This document shows positions 38,925 to 53,115 of a stretch of DNA of 64,000 nucleotides, piece after piece (positions within the stretch are counted from its first letter, which is position 1; every line of letters begins with the position of its first letter). Under the pieces are notes generated by a model, which was given only the letters and a program-made list of their open reading frames with translations, did no database searches and was not told the DNA's origin. The DNA lies in assembly GCA_964016885.1 (NCBI GenBank), contig OZ024743.1, forward strand, positions 148,118,001-148,182,000. The letters run 5' to 3'. Source of the stretch: Eledone cirrhosa (taxonomy: Eukaryota). A program made the translations under genes and the position numbers.

Positions 38925-41900
38925 TTCCCCTTCTTTTAACTTTTCAGCACCAACATGGCCAATATAAGAGTTGGATGTGTGAATGTACGCGGCCTGGGGC
39001 TGCCCTGGAAACAGGGCAAACTCTTAAACGACCTCAGGTCGCACAGTGTGGATGTAGTAGCCATTTGCTAGTCCAGGATCCACAGCGAGCGACAACTGGC
39101 CCCCATCTTCGACGACTTTGAGATCTACGCATCTCTCTGTCAGCCGGGAGGTGGGGGTGGGGTGGCCGTTTTGCTGTGGAAATACCTGGACCTCGTAACA
39201 CAGACGGTACATCTGGACCCGGAGGGTCGATTGGTAGTACTTGATAGTCCTGCTGGCCGCATATGCCCCATCCGGGACACCACGGCCAGACTTCTTCAAA
39301 CGTCTAGAGACTTTTCTGGGAACGTCTCGCTCCCTACTGTTAGTGGGGGACTGGAATGAAATCCTAGATGCACGTTGGGATTATGTGGGAGCATGTCCCG
39401 ATAGAGGGGGGTGTAACAGCCTCAAGCAGTTAATCGGCCGATTTGACCTGACCGATAGATATCGACTAGATTTTTCCGACTGTGCCACTGTGGACGTGGA
39501 CTAATCTCACCGGAACATCTAGATCGTACCTAGATAGGGTTCTAGTTAGAAAGAAGGATAGGGACATGTTAAGCTGTCCACAAATGTTCATGGTTTCATA
39601 TTCAGGTCACAAATTAGTGACCTGCTTAGTCAACCTTGACTAAACCCATAGACAGGGACCCGGCTACTGGAAGCTGAACTTGTTGCCGACATGCAAAGCC
39701 TACAGTAGACGGATTAGCAATTTAGTTAAGCAGCACTTGACGGGGAGCATTGTCAACAACAGATGGTGGTACTCTCTCAAGAGGGCAGTTAGATTAGACT
39801 CGATAGGTTTTAGTAAAAAATTAGCGTTAGATAGAAATAGACCGAAAAGGAACTGGTAGATAAAGTAGAAGAGGCACTTACGAGTGGCAACGTAGCCAGC
39901 ATGTTAGTGACGAGAACAGCCTTGGACCAGTTCTTCAACGCAAAGCATGAAGGTTGCGTTGTCAGAGGCAAAATACGTGCTCTGGGAAACGAGGGGGGCC
40001 AAAGCTGTTATCTGGGCCCGAGTGACGGAGGCGAAAAGCGGCAACAAGTCCACGATTCGGTCTTTGAAGGACCAAGACGGACGCGTGATACGTGAGCCGA
40101 AACAGATGTGTGCGGCCTTTAAGCGGCATTTTGTTCAACTGTTCGGGAAGGGCGGCGCGCCGGGAGGAGCTATTGATTTCGGTCCATACCTCGAAGGCCT
40201 ACCGCGACTCTCGGACAGCGAGACGGAGTTCTGCGAAAGGCCGATTTTGGCCGCTGAGATAGGAGACGCGCTGAGCCAATGCGGCAAACGCAAATCTCCA
40301 GGTTTCGACGGTCTACACTACAAATTTTACGTAGCAATGCCGGACTAGTTCTCCAGTCTCCTCGACGCGGTCTACTGCAACTGGCAGCAGAACGGGAGAA
40401 TTCCCAGTTCTGTGACCAAGGGCAGGAAGGACGAGAATTAGGGGATGACATTGGCAACTTCCGGCCCATAACTCTGCTCAACAGAGAGTTACAGATTTTG
40501 GCCAAGGTCGTGGCAAAGAGGCTGGCGCTCGTCGTCGAAAACCTGGTGGGAGAAGCGCAGACATACATGATAACCTCCACCTCATGCGATACATCTTAGA
40601 GAGGGTAGGGTGTAAACCCGGCTTCGGTGGGGCCCTGATCAACTTGGATCAGTCTAAGGCTTTCGATATGGTTGACCATCGTTACCTGGATGCGGTGCTC
40701 GAGGCGGCAGGCTTCGGACCCATGTTCAGGGGCTGGATTGCTGCAATGCACAGCAGCAACATCTGCTCAAATGTCAAGGTGAACGCCTACCTCTCGGAGC
40801 CGTTCCATATCACGCGATCCATCCGACGGGGAAGCCCTCTCTCCTCCCTTCTGTACGTATCGACTTTCGAGCCACTACTGCGGAAGTTGGAGCTATTGCA
40901 GGGCATCCCTTTGGAACCGTGACTGCGAAAAGCGGCGTCGGCCTACGCCGATGACGTAACATAATGGTGTCGAGCACCTCACAAATCAGGGAGGTCGGCA
41001 CCTTACTTGAGGAATACGAAAGATTCACAGGAGCGAAGCTGAACCGGGACAAATCCGTCGGTTTGCAACTCGGAACGTGGAGAGGCAAACCGATTCCTTC
41101 CGAGTGCGTCGTCGGACGCTAGACGGAAGAACCGGTAAAGCTGCTCAGGGTCTGGTTTGGTCCGGACCTCCAGGTGGAGAAGAACTGAAACGAGGTGACG
41201 GCTAAGCTGTTTGCGCTCACTCAGAAGTGGGCCGAGTGCAAACTATCCTTAAATGTCCGTCATCCACTACTGCTTGACCCTCGTGCCTTGTCCAGCCAAA
41301 ACGCTCGCTAAAATGGAGCGTGCGCTCTTCCAATTCCTTTGGAAGAAACGGCCTCCTTTGGTGAGAAGATCCATCTGCTGCCAACACCCTTCAAATGGAG
41401 GGCTGGGGATGCCGTGGCTGACGATGCGCAAACACGCGCTCGGGCTGCGGCACCTCCACGTATTCCTCACCAGACAACCGGTGTAGGCCACGTTCGTGAG
41501 GCGAGCCTTCCCACAACTCGTCTCGCTGACCGAGCTGAAGTCCTGGGTCAAGCAAAGACCGAGAAAAATGGGCGATTGGCACATCGAATGTGCTCAGACG
41601 CTCATGTCCTCTGGCAAATGTACCCGGTGATCAGTGGAGACTCCACTTCGACATTCTATAGAGGGTTGGGCCGCAGCAAGTGCGACGACACGCTCGGAGA
41701 AACTCTACTCGTAGAGGAGGACGAACTGGCCAGTCTGTTCGGTAGGAACTTCAGCCCGGGTCCAATGGACAACTTCCAAAAGTCCCTGGCCTGGCAGTGC
41801 TACCGAGGATCTCTACCAGTTCGAGACAAGCTCTACAGACACGGGCGCACGGGTAGGGACTCGTCGAAAAAGATCTTTCCGAGATGAGTGCGCGACGAGG

Positions 41901-42525
41901 AAACCGTCGCGCACGCATTTGTACACTGCCCGGGCGTTACCGACCCGTGGGGTTATGTAGAACGACTATTGTCGCGGGTGGGACCAATCCAGTTGACCAC
42001 CGCCTCCATTGTCATGATCAAACCGCTACCCTCCTTCAAAAACGAGGGCGAGGCGGTTTTCCTATGTGTTATGGCTATGGTGAAAGAGGTTAATATGGTG
42101 GACGAGGTTAAAAGGGCTGAGGTCAGACACCTTTCTCTTCGGCGAGCAACTGATTCGTTTTTTCAAATATCATTTTCAAAGAAGAATCAGGATGGAGAGA
42201 GAGGTGCTGTACCTCAGCAAATGTTATAAAAGGTGGGTGAATGTGGCAAAGATCGTCCGAGTGGTTGGGCCTTCTCTCGATATAAGCCTGTAGGTTGAGG
42301 AAAAAGAGGAAGAGAGGAATGGAGTACTCACTCTTGGTGCTTCTGGAGATGAGGGTTGTACAATTTTTCGGGGTGTGTACAACCCCTGTGTAACGCCTCC
42401 TCCCTATTGGGCATTTCAATTGTTATTTGTTATTTTATTAATAGTTTTATTTTCATATACCTGTATATAAACTCCCCATTTGTATTTGTCCCCTTCTTTT
42501 GTGGCCTTGTGGCTAATAAATAAAT
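38925..42525 (+). mobile_element. Tx1/L1-clade LINE: whole ORF2 span (APE-RT-zf), inactivated, no ORF1
   Basis: ATG 38955 MANIRVGCVNVRGL, GDWN, SYLDRVLV, PGYWKLN, KSPGFDG, FRPITLLN, LDQSKAFD.VDH, RGSPLS, AYADDV, GGLGMP, zf-RVT; stop 42291-42293; many stops and frameshifts; (TATC)n-like flanks. Confidence 0.93.
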
Positions 42526-42599
42526 TTATCTATCTCTATATATCCACCTATCTATTTATCAACCTATCTATTTATCTTCTCTCTCTTCCATGTGTTACT

Positions 42600-42695
<96 letters not shown>

Positions 42696-42785
42696 GATCC
42701 CGTTAAGGGTGAAAGCAGCGATTCTTTGCTTAAACTTTAATCTGTTATTTTAATAAATAAATATATATATATATATATATATATA

Positions 42786-43309
42786 AGAGAGTATTGAAGG
42801 TATTGAAGTTTGCTTGAAGCATTGTGGAATAATAATTTTTTTGTCGTTTTGGAAGCCTCAACAATGCAGATGGGTAAATCTCTGGGTAACAGAATCCGGT
42901 GGTGAAGAGGGAGATGTAAGGGAGTGTAGAATAAGATGTATAGTGTGTAGAGGAACGTAGGAAAGAGTGTAAAAAATAAAAATAATAACACGAGATAGAG
43001 TTACATTGGGAGAGATTTATTTGTCCCTATATTTCGGATTCGCATCCATCAACTAGGGGCATTTTCCGGGGGGAGGGCGAAGTTATCTGTCGGGGAGGAA
43101 CGGTACGTGTCCTCTGTTGTCCGATGTTTGTGTGTAACTCTCCCAAGGTAACTCTATCTCGTGTTATTATTTTTATTTTTTACGCTCTTTCCTACGTTCC
43201 TCTACACACTATGTATAGCTCATTTTATATTCCCTTACATCCCTCTCTTCACCACCAGATTCTGTTACCCGGAGATTTACCCATCTGCTTTGTTGAGGCT
43301 TATAGAACG

Positions 43310-43313
<4 letters not shown>
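42786..43313. mobile_element. P1-family PLE terminus with inverted arms, non-coding
   Basis: 42840-43010 inverted relative to 43134-43312; homologous to 884-1230; variant hammerhead-like motif at 43025-43058 (-) with GGAT gcga ATCC stem. Confidence 0.85.
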
Positions 43314-43358
<45 letters not shown>

Positions 43359-43581
43359 TAAATATATATATATATATAACGTTTCTGAATTTGTTTAGCA
43401 AGATACTTTATCTGAAAACGTGTGTTGAAACCGATATTGTTATACTTTGGGAGGGTCAGAAACACACGCACCAGTTGCTTTCACTTCAATTTATTATAAA
43501 TTTTATAAATTTTATAAATATGAATTTTATAAATTTCCGGTTGGTTAGTTGATTCCACAACCGGATGGTTGTTCATATATT

Positions 43582-43624
43582 GTCAAAGTTCTTTCGTCAC
43601 ACATTCTGTGACCTCTTCAGCGGT
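43582..43624 (-). ncRNA. Minimal type I hammerhead ribozyme
   Basis: accg CTGAAGA g gtcaca gaatg tgtgac GAAA gaac TT tgac. Confidence 0.7.
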
Positions 43625-44369
43625 TGGGGATTCTTTTCTTTTTGTGCCTCACCTTTGTTCTGCCCTACGCCATCTTGTTTTTGTGTGTGCTGTGTCCTTA
43701 GTTTGCGTATGTGTTACATGTTCTCTAATTTGCCCTTATGTTCTATTGTAGCATGTTGGTGGAGTATTGTTGAGTCTTTTCTATCTTGGAGTTCTCGCCA
43801 GTGTTCATTTAATCGTTCTCCTATGCTACGAGCTGTCTCACCTATGTACATTATATTCTTATTTTTATATTGTACCTCAGTACATCTTATGCTATATACT
43901 ATGTTTCTAGTTTTACAGTTAACACGGGGGCTTAGCTTACAGATTATGCATTTCCTATCTATACAGGGAGATCTTTGAAAAGGGTATGTATTACTAATTA
44001 GTTTTTTTATGGAAGTACCTGGTCTTTCCACTATCTTGAGTTTAAGTTTATCTAGGGCCCTTCTAAATTTGTAAGCTAGTTCACCTCTAGGGTTTGTATT
44101 GATGAACATTACACTCCAACCAAAATTAAATAGAAAACATAAATGGAATAGCAACATAACAACTTATAATTAAGGACAAAATGAAAACACACACAAATAG
44201 AACAAATAAATAACTAGAAACATGTTAATAAACAAATAAATAAACAAATAAAAACACACACAGACACCCGGATGTAACACATGCGCAAACTAAGCACACA
44301 ACACACACAAAAACAAGATGGCGTAGGACAGATCAAAGGAGAGGCACAAAACAAAGAAAATAATCCCCA

Positions 44370-44412
44370 GTCACTGATGAGGTCACAGAATGTGTGACGA
44401 AAGAACTTTGAC
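44370..44412 (+). ncRNA. Minimal type I hammerhead ribozyme
   Basis: gtca CTGATGA g gtcaca gaatg tgtgac GAAA gaac TT tgac; stems I and II pair fully. Confidence 0.85.
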
Positions 44413-44541
44413 AATATATGAACAACCATCTGGTTGTGGAACCAACCAACCGGAAATTTATAAAATTTATAATAAATTGAAGTGAAAGCAACTGGTGCGT
44501 GTGTTTCTTATTAGCAATATGACCCTCCACAAAGTTTAGCA

Positions 44542-44575
<34 letters not shown>

Positions 44576-44598
44576 GTATGTATATATATATATACATG

Positions 44599-44770
<172 letters not shown>

Positions 44771-45077
44771 ATAGGTGTTATCTACCCTGCAGTTAAGCGT
44801 CCATCGTTTCGTTAACAAATTGAATAATGGTCTTACTGGTTTAACTGTAACATCTCATTCTCTATTGTGGCTAAGTGATAAGTCTTACTACTCTGAAGTT
44901 TCACATGTATACCCGCCTGATCCTTAGACAAGAGTCTTGTCTGATGATCCTGTGAACACACAGATGAATCTCCAGAAGAAGACTCATCACTTAGCCATAC
45001 AAAGGAAGGTTTAAACTATAATTTGGTATTCAGAACTCCTTCTTACGCCCGTCAAATTCACACACTAATATATATGT

Positions 45078-45119
45078 GCCAATGATGATATCACAAGTTT
45101 GTGATGAAAGAACTTTGGT
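45078..45119 (+). ncRNA. Decayed hammerhead (C3 changed to A), P5-related
   Basis: gcca ATGATGA t atcacaa gt ttgtgat GAAA gaac TT tggt. Confidence 0.5.
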
Positions 45120-45227
45120 AGACTATATATGTATATATATATATTTATATCTATATTTTTAACTGTTGGTCAATCAATGATAAACATTGAATGCCAGCTA
45201 AATTAACAATAACACCAAACAGTGAAT

Positions 45228-45408
45228 TTGGCAGTATCGGTAGAGCGTCGGACAATATGCTTTGCGGCATAGAGTTACGTCCCTTTGAGATCTGCGTTCA
45301 AATAATGCTGAGGTTAACTTTGCCTTTCATCCTTACGGGGTCGATAAAATAAAGTACCTGTAATGCACTGGGATATTTGATGTCCCTGTGCCAAAAATAG
45401 AAATAATT
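45228..45408 (+). mobile_element. tRNA-derived SINE, diverged
   Basis: Family copy. Confidence 0.85.
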
Positions 45409-45456
45409 ATTATTTCTGGCAATATTATAACATTATGTCGCTCCACAAATATATCA

Positions 45457-45490
<34 letters not shown>

Positions 45491-46009
45491 GTAGATAAAT
45501 CTACCAAGAGTTTACGGTAGTGTCCAATCCGTATGAAGAACTCAATGTAATCCGGATATCATGGAAAGAAGAGATGCAATGAAAAATCACTTTCGGTGAA
45601 AGATAAACGGAATACAGAGTCAAGATAAAATATTAAAAAAATAATGAATAAAACAATGAAACAGTTACTTATATTAAACAAAAAAAGTTCATTATTTAAC
45701 GATCGTTTCTAGGATATATATGTGTTAGAATTGGCATGCATATTCAACAGATCTATGTACAAAATTATACAAAATTATACAAACTATCAAAATTAAATAT
45801 ACATACCAACGGCATATATATGTGTTGGTATGTATATTTAATTTTGATAGTTTGTATAATTTTGTATAATTTTGTACATAGATCTGTTGAATATGCATGC
45901 CAATTCTAACACATATATATCCTAGAAACGATCGTTAAATAATGAACTTTTTTTGTTTAATATAAGGAACTGTTTCATTGTTTTATTCATTATTTTTTTA
46001 ATATTTTAT
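45491..46009. mobile_element. P7-family fold-back: about 134-nt tail plus 385-bp near-perfect palindrome
   Basis: 45625-45810 inverted relative to 45824-46009; arms carry GAAACGATCGTTA (hammerhead 3' half); (TA)n both sides. Confidence 0.85.
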
Positions 46010-46185
46010 ATATATATATATATGTATATAGTTTCGTTGACAAATATATCAATGTGCCCAGACACGCAGATATATTGCACTTGGTATGACAATGTGGTTT
46101 TAGCTCAATGTAGGATAACTAGTATACTACAGAGCCGTTATAATTTTAAGAATAACCACAGAGTGCTTAGAAATACATTGTTTAT

Positions 46186-46235
46186 TAGCTAACAGTGTTT
46201 CATCCATACCCTCTGGCAGGAATCATCAGTGCCTA
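46186..46235 (-). ncRNA. Type I hammerhead ribozyme
   Basis: taggca CTGATGA ttcctgccagagggtatggat GAAA cactg TT agcta. Confidence 0.6.
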
Positions 46236-46820
46236 TAAACAAGAGTATATCAATAGTTGCATGCTCCATCAAGCTCCGTACCCAGAACAAGGTTAAATGA
46301 CCAGCAGGGGGTCTCGAGGCCAGCGCTATATAGAAAAGACACAATACATGACGCACATAATATCATAAAATGTCATTAAAAATTACATCAAAAATCACAT
46401 CAAAAATGTATCACATAAATGGTGCAATATATGATAAGGAGGTTGGGAGAGGGTAGCAAGGAATGAGTGAAGGTGTTACTCAGCATGATAAAAAACAATA
46501 AAAAAAAACAATTAAAAAAAAAACGAAAAATAAAAAAAAAAGAAAAAAAAAACAAATACAGGGTGTATTACAGGCAGATTAAGAGACCTTGCAAGCATGA
46601 GTCTGTGAGAAGAATAGTTGGTTAGCGGTGGTGCAGCTTTATATGTATGATTGTCCATAGGAAGGATGTAATTTTTTAATGACATTTTATGACATTATGT
46701 GCGTCATGTATTGTGTCTTTTTCTATATAGCGCTGGCCTCGGGACCCCCTGCTGGTCCTTTAACCTTGTTCTGGTGACGCAGCTTGATGGAGCATGCAAC
46801 TATTGATATAATCTTGTTTA

Positions 46821-46870
46821 TAGGCTCTGATGATTTCTGCCATAGGGTATGGATGAAACACTGTTATCTA
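46821..46870 (+). ncRNA. Type I hammerhead ribozyme
   Basis: taggct CTGATGA tttctgccatagggtatggat GAAA cactg TT atcta. Confidence 0.6.
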
Positions 46871-46924
46871 ATAAAACAATGTATTTCTAAGCACTCTTTA
46901 GTTATTCCTAAAATTATATATATA

Positions 46925-47544
<620 letters not shown>

Positions 47545-47640
47545 TACATTCGGTTGACTATAAAATCACTGGGAAAATTTGAAATTTGAAATGTTGACGT
47601 CCCAGTGTGTATTATTATAACAGTATTTGGTCATACTCTG

Positions 47641-47838
47641 TCTGGTCACTCATGAGTGCTACTGGTAACATGGAAACCAGTACAACCTGTCGCATGGTCG
47701 CGTCTTCGACGATTAAACTGGCAACCCCACCAAGTTTACTTGGTGAGGAGAGTGATTTTGGACACCCTGCAGGACAAAAAACAAAACCTGACAAAGGGCG
47801 GAAGAACTGATAAGAGTCAACAGCCATCCAAAAATGTG
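47641..47838. mobile_element. Terminal segment of the (TATG)n-associated family T
   Basis: Aligns with 52561-52748 and 61231-61428. Confidence 0.8.
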
Positions 47839-47920
47839 TAAATATGTATATACACATGTACATATGTATATGCATGTATATACATTGGGGTGTCAGAGAG
47901 GAGCATGTATCTGTGTGTAT

Positions 47921-48460
47921 GTGGGGGGTGGGGGCTAGCCCTGCCCTTTTCAGGACAGCCCGTCTTGCATTGGGCCCCACCTGACACTCAGCTTTCACCT
48001 GTTGCCCCAAGAAGCTGTAGCATGCGACAGCGGCCACACACTGGTAAACCGCCTTGGCTGGCGGGCCGAACCAGGTTGAGGGTAGCCAGACGGGTCTGAA
48101 AATCCCAGGTGAGTTAGATAGGGGAAGCCTGCTCCTGCATGCGAAGACTGGACCCGACGGAGTGAGTGGAGGAGGACAACATCGTCCCAGCGGTCACGAA
48201 GGCGGTGACAGCAAGCAGTGTGGAGCACTAGGGCACGGCAAGGCACTACAGACGTCGTGGCTATCCACTACAGCCAAGGAAGTGCCTGGTCGTGACGGTC
48301 CTCCATACCACCGGATTCTGGCTTCTGTGGCCGAGTGAGTGGGACCGTCACTAAAGATTTTTTCCGCACAGGTTTCTTCTTTAGCGTGCACTCCCAAAGC
48401 CCTGCGGCGATGATCGCCCTCCACAGCTACCTTCGGGCCCACTGCAGACGGGAACTAAAA
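47921..48460 (+). mobile_element. RTE-clade LINE 5' UTR remnant
   Basis: GC-rich island; ctttcacctg..ccaagaagctgtagcatgcgacagcggccacac..aaccaggttgagggta resembles RTE 5' UTRs as recalled, not searched. Confidence 0.55.
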
Positions 48461-48938
48461 TAAAGAAGATGTCATTATCATTTACGATGGACAACCAAGA
48501 GGAAGATTTGGTCATAATAGATATATATCAAATAATCATGAAAGAACAAACGATAAAAATAACATTTATCAGCAACACGACAGGCACAGAAAAAAATAGA
48601 AATATGAAGTAAGATAATAGTCAAAAGGTAATGTTAAAATAGATCATTCAAGAAAAACCTCTGTCACAAAACCAAACAACTTTTCCTGCTTAGAACATTA
48701 CCAAGCCTAGAACCATTAGGTACTGCAGTATCTTAATGTTGGTCTTTTAGAATGAATTCTAGAACAACCGCTGACATTATTTGTTGAAATGTAACACACA
48801 GCCAGAAAAAGCAAAATCTTATATGGATGTGTGGGATACAATAACAATAATAACTTACAAATAACATCATCAATGAGAACTTACGTACAATTTGTTACCG
48901 CTAAGTATTTATATATGTACTCCTGGTTTTATTATTTT

Positions 48939-49119
48939 ATTGGCATTATCGGTAGAGGGCCGGACGCCTTGCTTTGACGCATAGAGTTACGGCCCTTGCC
49001 ATTCTGAGTTCAAATCCCGCCGAGGTTAACTTTGCCTTTCATCCTTACGGGGTCAATAAAATAAAGTACCAGTAATGTACTGTGTAATTGCTGGCCTTGT
49101 GCCAATAGTATAAACAATT
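48939..49119 (+). mobile_element. tRNA-derived SINE
   Basis: Family copy. Confidence 0.9.
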
Positions 49120-49339
49120 ATTTTATAAATGTTCACTAATAGAGAGCGAGGGAGAGCCGGCTGCTGTCATAACATAGTAACAAGACTCTTTCATTGGAAT
49201 TTAGGCAACTAGATAAATACGTATGTACATCTGTATGTATGTGGGGGGGGTGTACAGGTATGGTGCTTATAGCATATTTGGATCTGTAAGTTGTGATTTA
49301 TATGTGTACATGTGCATAAGTTTCTGCATCTATGCATGT

Positions 49340-51700
49340 GTATATGCAGCTATTATATGCTGAATTTCTGAAAATGTTTTATGTATTTTTACAGTTCCAT
49401 AAAGTGGACTGTACTTGCAGCGTCCTAACTAGTTGTGCCCTCTCTGATTCTGTGAAACCCACGTTCATACGCTTTCTACTGAGGCAGTTAGTAACATATG
49501 CCAGAGCCTCCGATGATAATAGGAACAAATCTAAAGGCATAGTCAGAATGCAATACCTGCAGATTGCTCATTAGTTCAGCACAAATATTCTATTTAGTTA
49601 ATCTTTAGCATTATATTGACATCGAGTGTGCAGCTGATTTAGACATCTGTGCATGCCTTCTTTTTCCTGTCCCATTTCACTGTGTATAGCCTATTATGTT
49701 AGCATTTTGTTGAGGTTTTGACTTGAACATTCTACCAGTAATCTTTTATATCATGTATGCATATTTCCACATAACTAACATTTTATGTTACTTTCAAAGT
49801 CATCATTTCTACGGATTACATTGTATAGTGTTTCGGCCACTACATCGTGCCTCATAGGCAGATAGTATCTTGATATGATATATTTTGACAGCTGCTTATG
49901 ATGTGGGTGACATATATGTTTATTCCGCAGAGTTTGCATCCGTCGTCACATCGAGGTGATTTGCTTGCATCATTATGTCTTTTGTGCATTAGGTATTTCG
50001 TTGTTATTTCCTATTCTTGGATTGCAAAAGCCTTTCCAGTGAAATAGTATACATGTTGCTGTCAACTCAGGCACAGCAAACAAATTCAGAAGACCGTATT
50101 GTTCTTATTTGGATGTTATATTCCCTGGTTATTCGGTCCCCGTTGCAAATTCTATCATGCGATATATGTTCGTCTATATCTAAGTATATGAAGAAATCCT
50201 TGTCAGATACCGATGTAGGGATGTTGCTAGATTAACTTGTATTTTTTTCCTTGCTTTACAATAATATGGGAGCATTTATCCTGGCCAAACTCCATTCCAA
50301 TATCTTTCGAGAACGTCGTGACCAAGTCAATGTTATTCTACATACCATTTATATTCTTGGCATAAAGCTTCAGTTCATCTATAAAAGTGTTAGGTTTGTG
50401 TTTTGACCGTCTGGGAACTAATTACATATCCTTCATATTCCATGTCTCCTTGAAATATACCCCTGCGATGTTCAATTTTATCAGCGTTAATATGGTCCTT
50501 TTTCTCTGTATTTTATTTTCAAGATAGTGGTCCAGAAAGAAGATAAGTTCACTATGTTGATGGTAGCTGGGACTTTAATCGAAGAGTGGGAAACAAAATC
50601 AAATACTTTCCTGTAGTCAGGTCAACTCCTTTCTTTCCAGCCCCTTGCTCCTGTGTGATGATTTTGTTATTTACAAGAAGTTTTCGTATCCCAGTCTCAA
50701 GGGTATCATTGATGCTGTATATTTTTGGTGTAATGCAGCGGCAATAGTTCGATCTGATTTCTTTTAACTACACTGATCTTGGAGAAATTTCTTTTCCCCA
50801 CCGCATATGTATTTCACTGAAATATTGAATTGTTCATGCATTACATATTTTATTAGTCATTTTCCTTTCAGCCACCCTCTTCTAATGTCAGTTGTTGTCT
50901 GAGTGTGATCAATTTCTATTATATTTTCCCCTCATTGTTGTTGAGGTGTGTATTTTTTATAGTTTTGTTTACATGTGATAAACATTGTCACATGGCTGAT
51001 AGTTTTTCGTAGGTCAGCGATCTTTTTTTCTCCTTTTGAAAGATACGATGACAGTTTTTGTGTAGTATTGGTTCTATTAACATGTCTCTTGTCATTAAGA
51101 TAATTCTTCACTATCATTGCTATGGCATATAGACATGTGATAACGTGTCAAAATGTAGGGATTTTAATTTGTAAATATTACCTCCAATTTCATCGATAGC
51201 ACACAGAATTTCATTTTGGGGCTTTTTATTTCATATTCTCGTATTATGCCCTTTTTTAGGCATATAGTGATATGGCGGCCCGTTGTGATAGTCCAATATA
51301 TGAGACTGCTCACTTATTGCTGGTATTCATATTGTTTTGAATAATGCTTCTTTTTTTTTACGTTCGACAAACTTTGCTTGTTGACGTAATTGTTTGGCTG
51401 TGAGATAATTTAATTCTGGCTGAAGTTCGTCCCAGTGTAGCTTCACTTTGTTCTTATAAACAACACAGGGATCTTCTTTGGCCATTTTATAACATCAAAA
51501 TAGTTTTTTTTATAACAATTGTCAAGTTTGTAGCTCCAAGAAAAATGTGATATATAGTTTCGTTTCCTTCTGTAACTATGACTAAAATATTCGTAATACA
51601 TTCCTCGTTGTTGTTTTTCTTCGACTCAGTGTTGATGTTGTTTGTCCATCCATAGAGTTTCTAGCAAATTCTTAACAAATAAATTCAATATTCAGATAGA
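49340..51700 (-). mobile_element. Heavily decayed R4/Dong-type (REL endonuclease) non-LTR element
   Basis: Minus strand: CKLCG..HIISSC..Y..RHDVVAETLY (49820-49940), ISCTLDVNI, IDELKLYAK (RT motif, about 50360-50385). Confidence 0.65.
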
Positions 51701-51869
51701 TATCTCTATGATTTCGGATAAAAGTTGTCTTCAGTAAATATCATCAGAATATCCAGTTATTTATCAACGCTGTCATTACCGTGTTGGAAATAGAATTTTT
51801 CATAAATTTAATGAAGTCTCCCACGCCATATGTGCATCTGCTGACGTCGAAGGTTATGTCTCTCTGTAT

Positions 51870-52345
51870 GTATGTCTACATGCATGTTTTCTCTTTCTCT
51901 TAATTTCGAGTATATTTTTTTGACCGGCCACCTTCCTGGTGGCAAGGTTGTAAAAGAAAAGAAATTGTCATCCCTTGAATCGCAAGAATGTTTTGCATAT
52001 TTTGAAGGTGCCAGCTATCGCAGCCATTTGTAGACTATGAATTAGGGAGCTGCGCTTTTTGTCCGCAAATCCAAGTTCGGTCATACTTTGGTCCAAGCGG
52101 GTTGGTATATAACCCGTAGCACCAATAATGATGGGTATGAAGCTAAAGGTGTATCTTGGATACTGGATTTGTAAGCTCCTCATCAATGGTCCGTAGATGT
52201 CCTCCTTCTCCTGTATTTTTCTGACAACGTTTACATCAAGTGGGCAGCTGATCTCCACAACAGAACACGTTTTCAATGTGTGGTCCCAAACTACAATATC
52301 AGGCCGGTTGTGCTTTAATTTGGTGGCAGTTTTTATTTTCAGGAT
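51870..52345 (-). mobile_element. R4/Dong-type element 3' end with intact REL endonuclease fragment
   Basis: KHNRPDIVVWD..CSVVEISCPLD.N..K..EK..Y..IPIIIGATG (PD-(D/E)xK REL); stop at 51968; TATG repeats on both sides. Confidence 0.85.
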
Positions 52346-52425
52346 TTGGTGGCAGTTTTTATTTTCAGGGGCAGTTTTTATTTTCAGGGGCAGTTTTTAT
52401 TTTCAGGGGCAGTTTTTATTTTCAG
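52325..52425. repeat. 19-bp unit x5 (ggcagtttttattttcagg)
   Basis: Copies start at 52325, 52351, 52370, 52389 and 52408. Confidence 0.9.
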
Positions 52426-52560
52426 TATGTATGTGTGTGTGTATGTATGTATGTATGTATGTGTGTATGTATGTATGTGTGTGTGTATGTATGTATGTAT
52501 GTATGTATGTATGTATGTGTGTATGTATGTATGTATGTATGTATGTATGTATGTATGTAT

Positions 52561-52907
52561 GTCGGGTCATTCTTGGGTGCTACTGGTAACATGTAACCCA
52601 GTACAACCTGTGGTATGGTCGAATCGTAAGCGACTAAACCGGCAACTGCACCAAGTTTACTTGGTGAGGATGGTGGTTTTGGACACACTGCAGGACAAAA
52701 AACAAAACCTGACAAAGGGCGGAAGAAATCATAAGTATCAAGAGCCATATACATATGTACATATGTATGTATATGTATATACATACATATGTACATATGT
52801 AAATACATATTTACACATTTTTGGATGGCTGTTGATTCTTATGAGTTCTTCCGCCCTTTGTCAGCTTTTGTTTTTTGTCCTGCAGTGGTCCAAAACCACA
52901 CTCCTCA

Positions 52908-52995
<88 letters not shown>

Positions 52996-53025
52996 TATAT
53001 ATATACATATATATATACATATATA

Positions 53026-53115
<90 letters not shown>

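Larger units (their letters stand above)
43378..44545. mobile_element. P5-family PLE remnant with inverted arms and GIY-YIG fragment
   Basis: 43434-43718 inverted relative to 44272-44545; minus ORF 43714-44157 PC.DRKCIIC..CKTRNIVYSIRC..MYIGETARSIGERLNEH. Confidence 0.9.
46031..46918. mobile_element. PLE-type terminus with inverted arms (family P8)
   Basis: 46138-46389 inverted relative to 46665-46917; tail 46031-46137; a hammerhead in each arm; (TA)n both sides. Confidence 0.8.

Noticed and set aside
44936-44985. CTGATGA-ctgtg/cacag-GAAT hammerhead-like motif
   Set aside because: GAAA and UH site are both altered; at most a dead relic
52325-52425. Short direct repeats as a CRISPR array
   Set aside because: No unique spacers, eukaryotic context, unit derives from the adjacent retroelement
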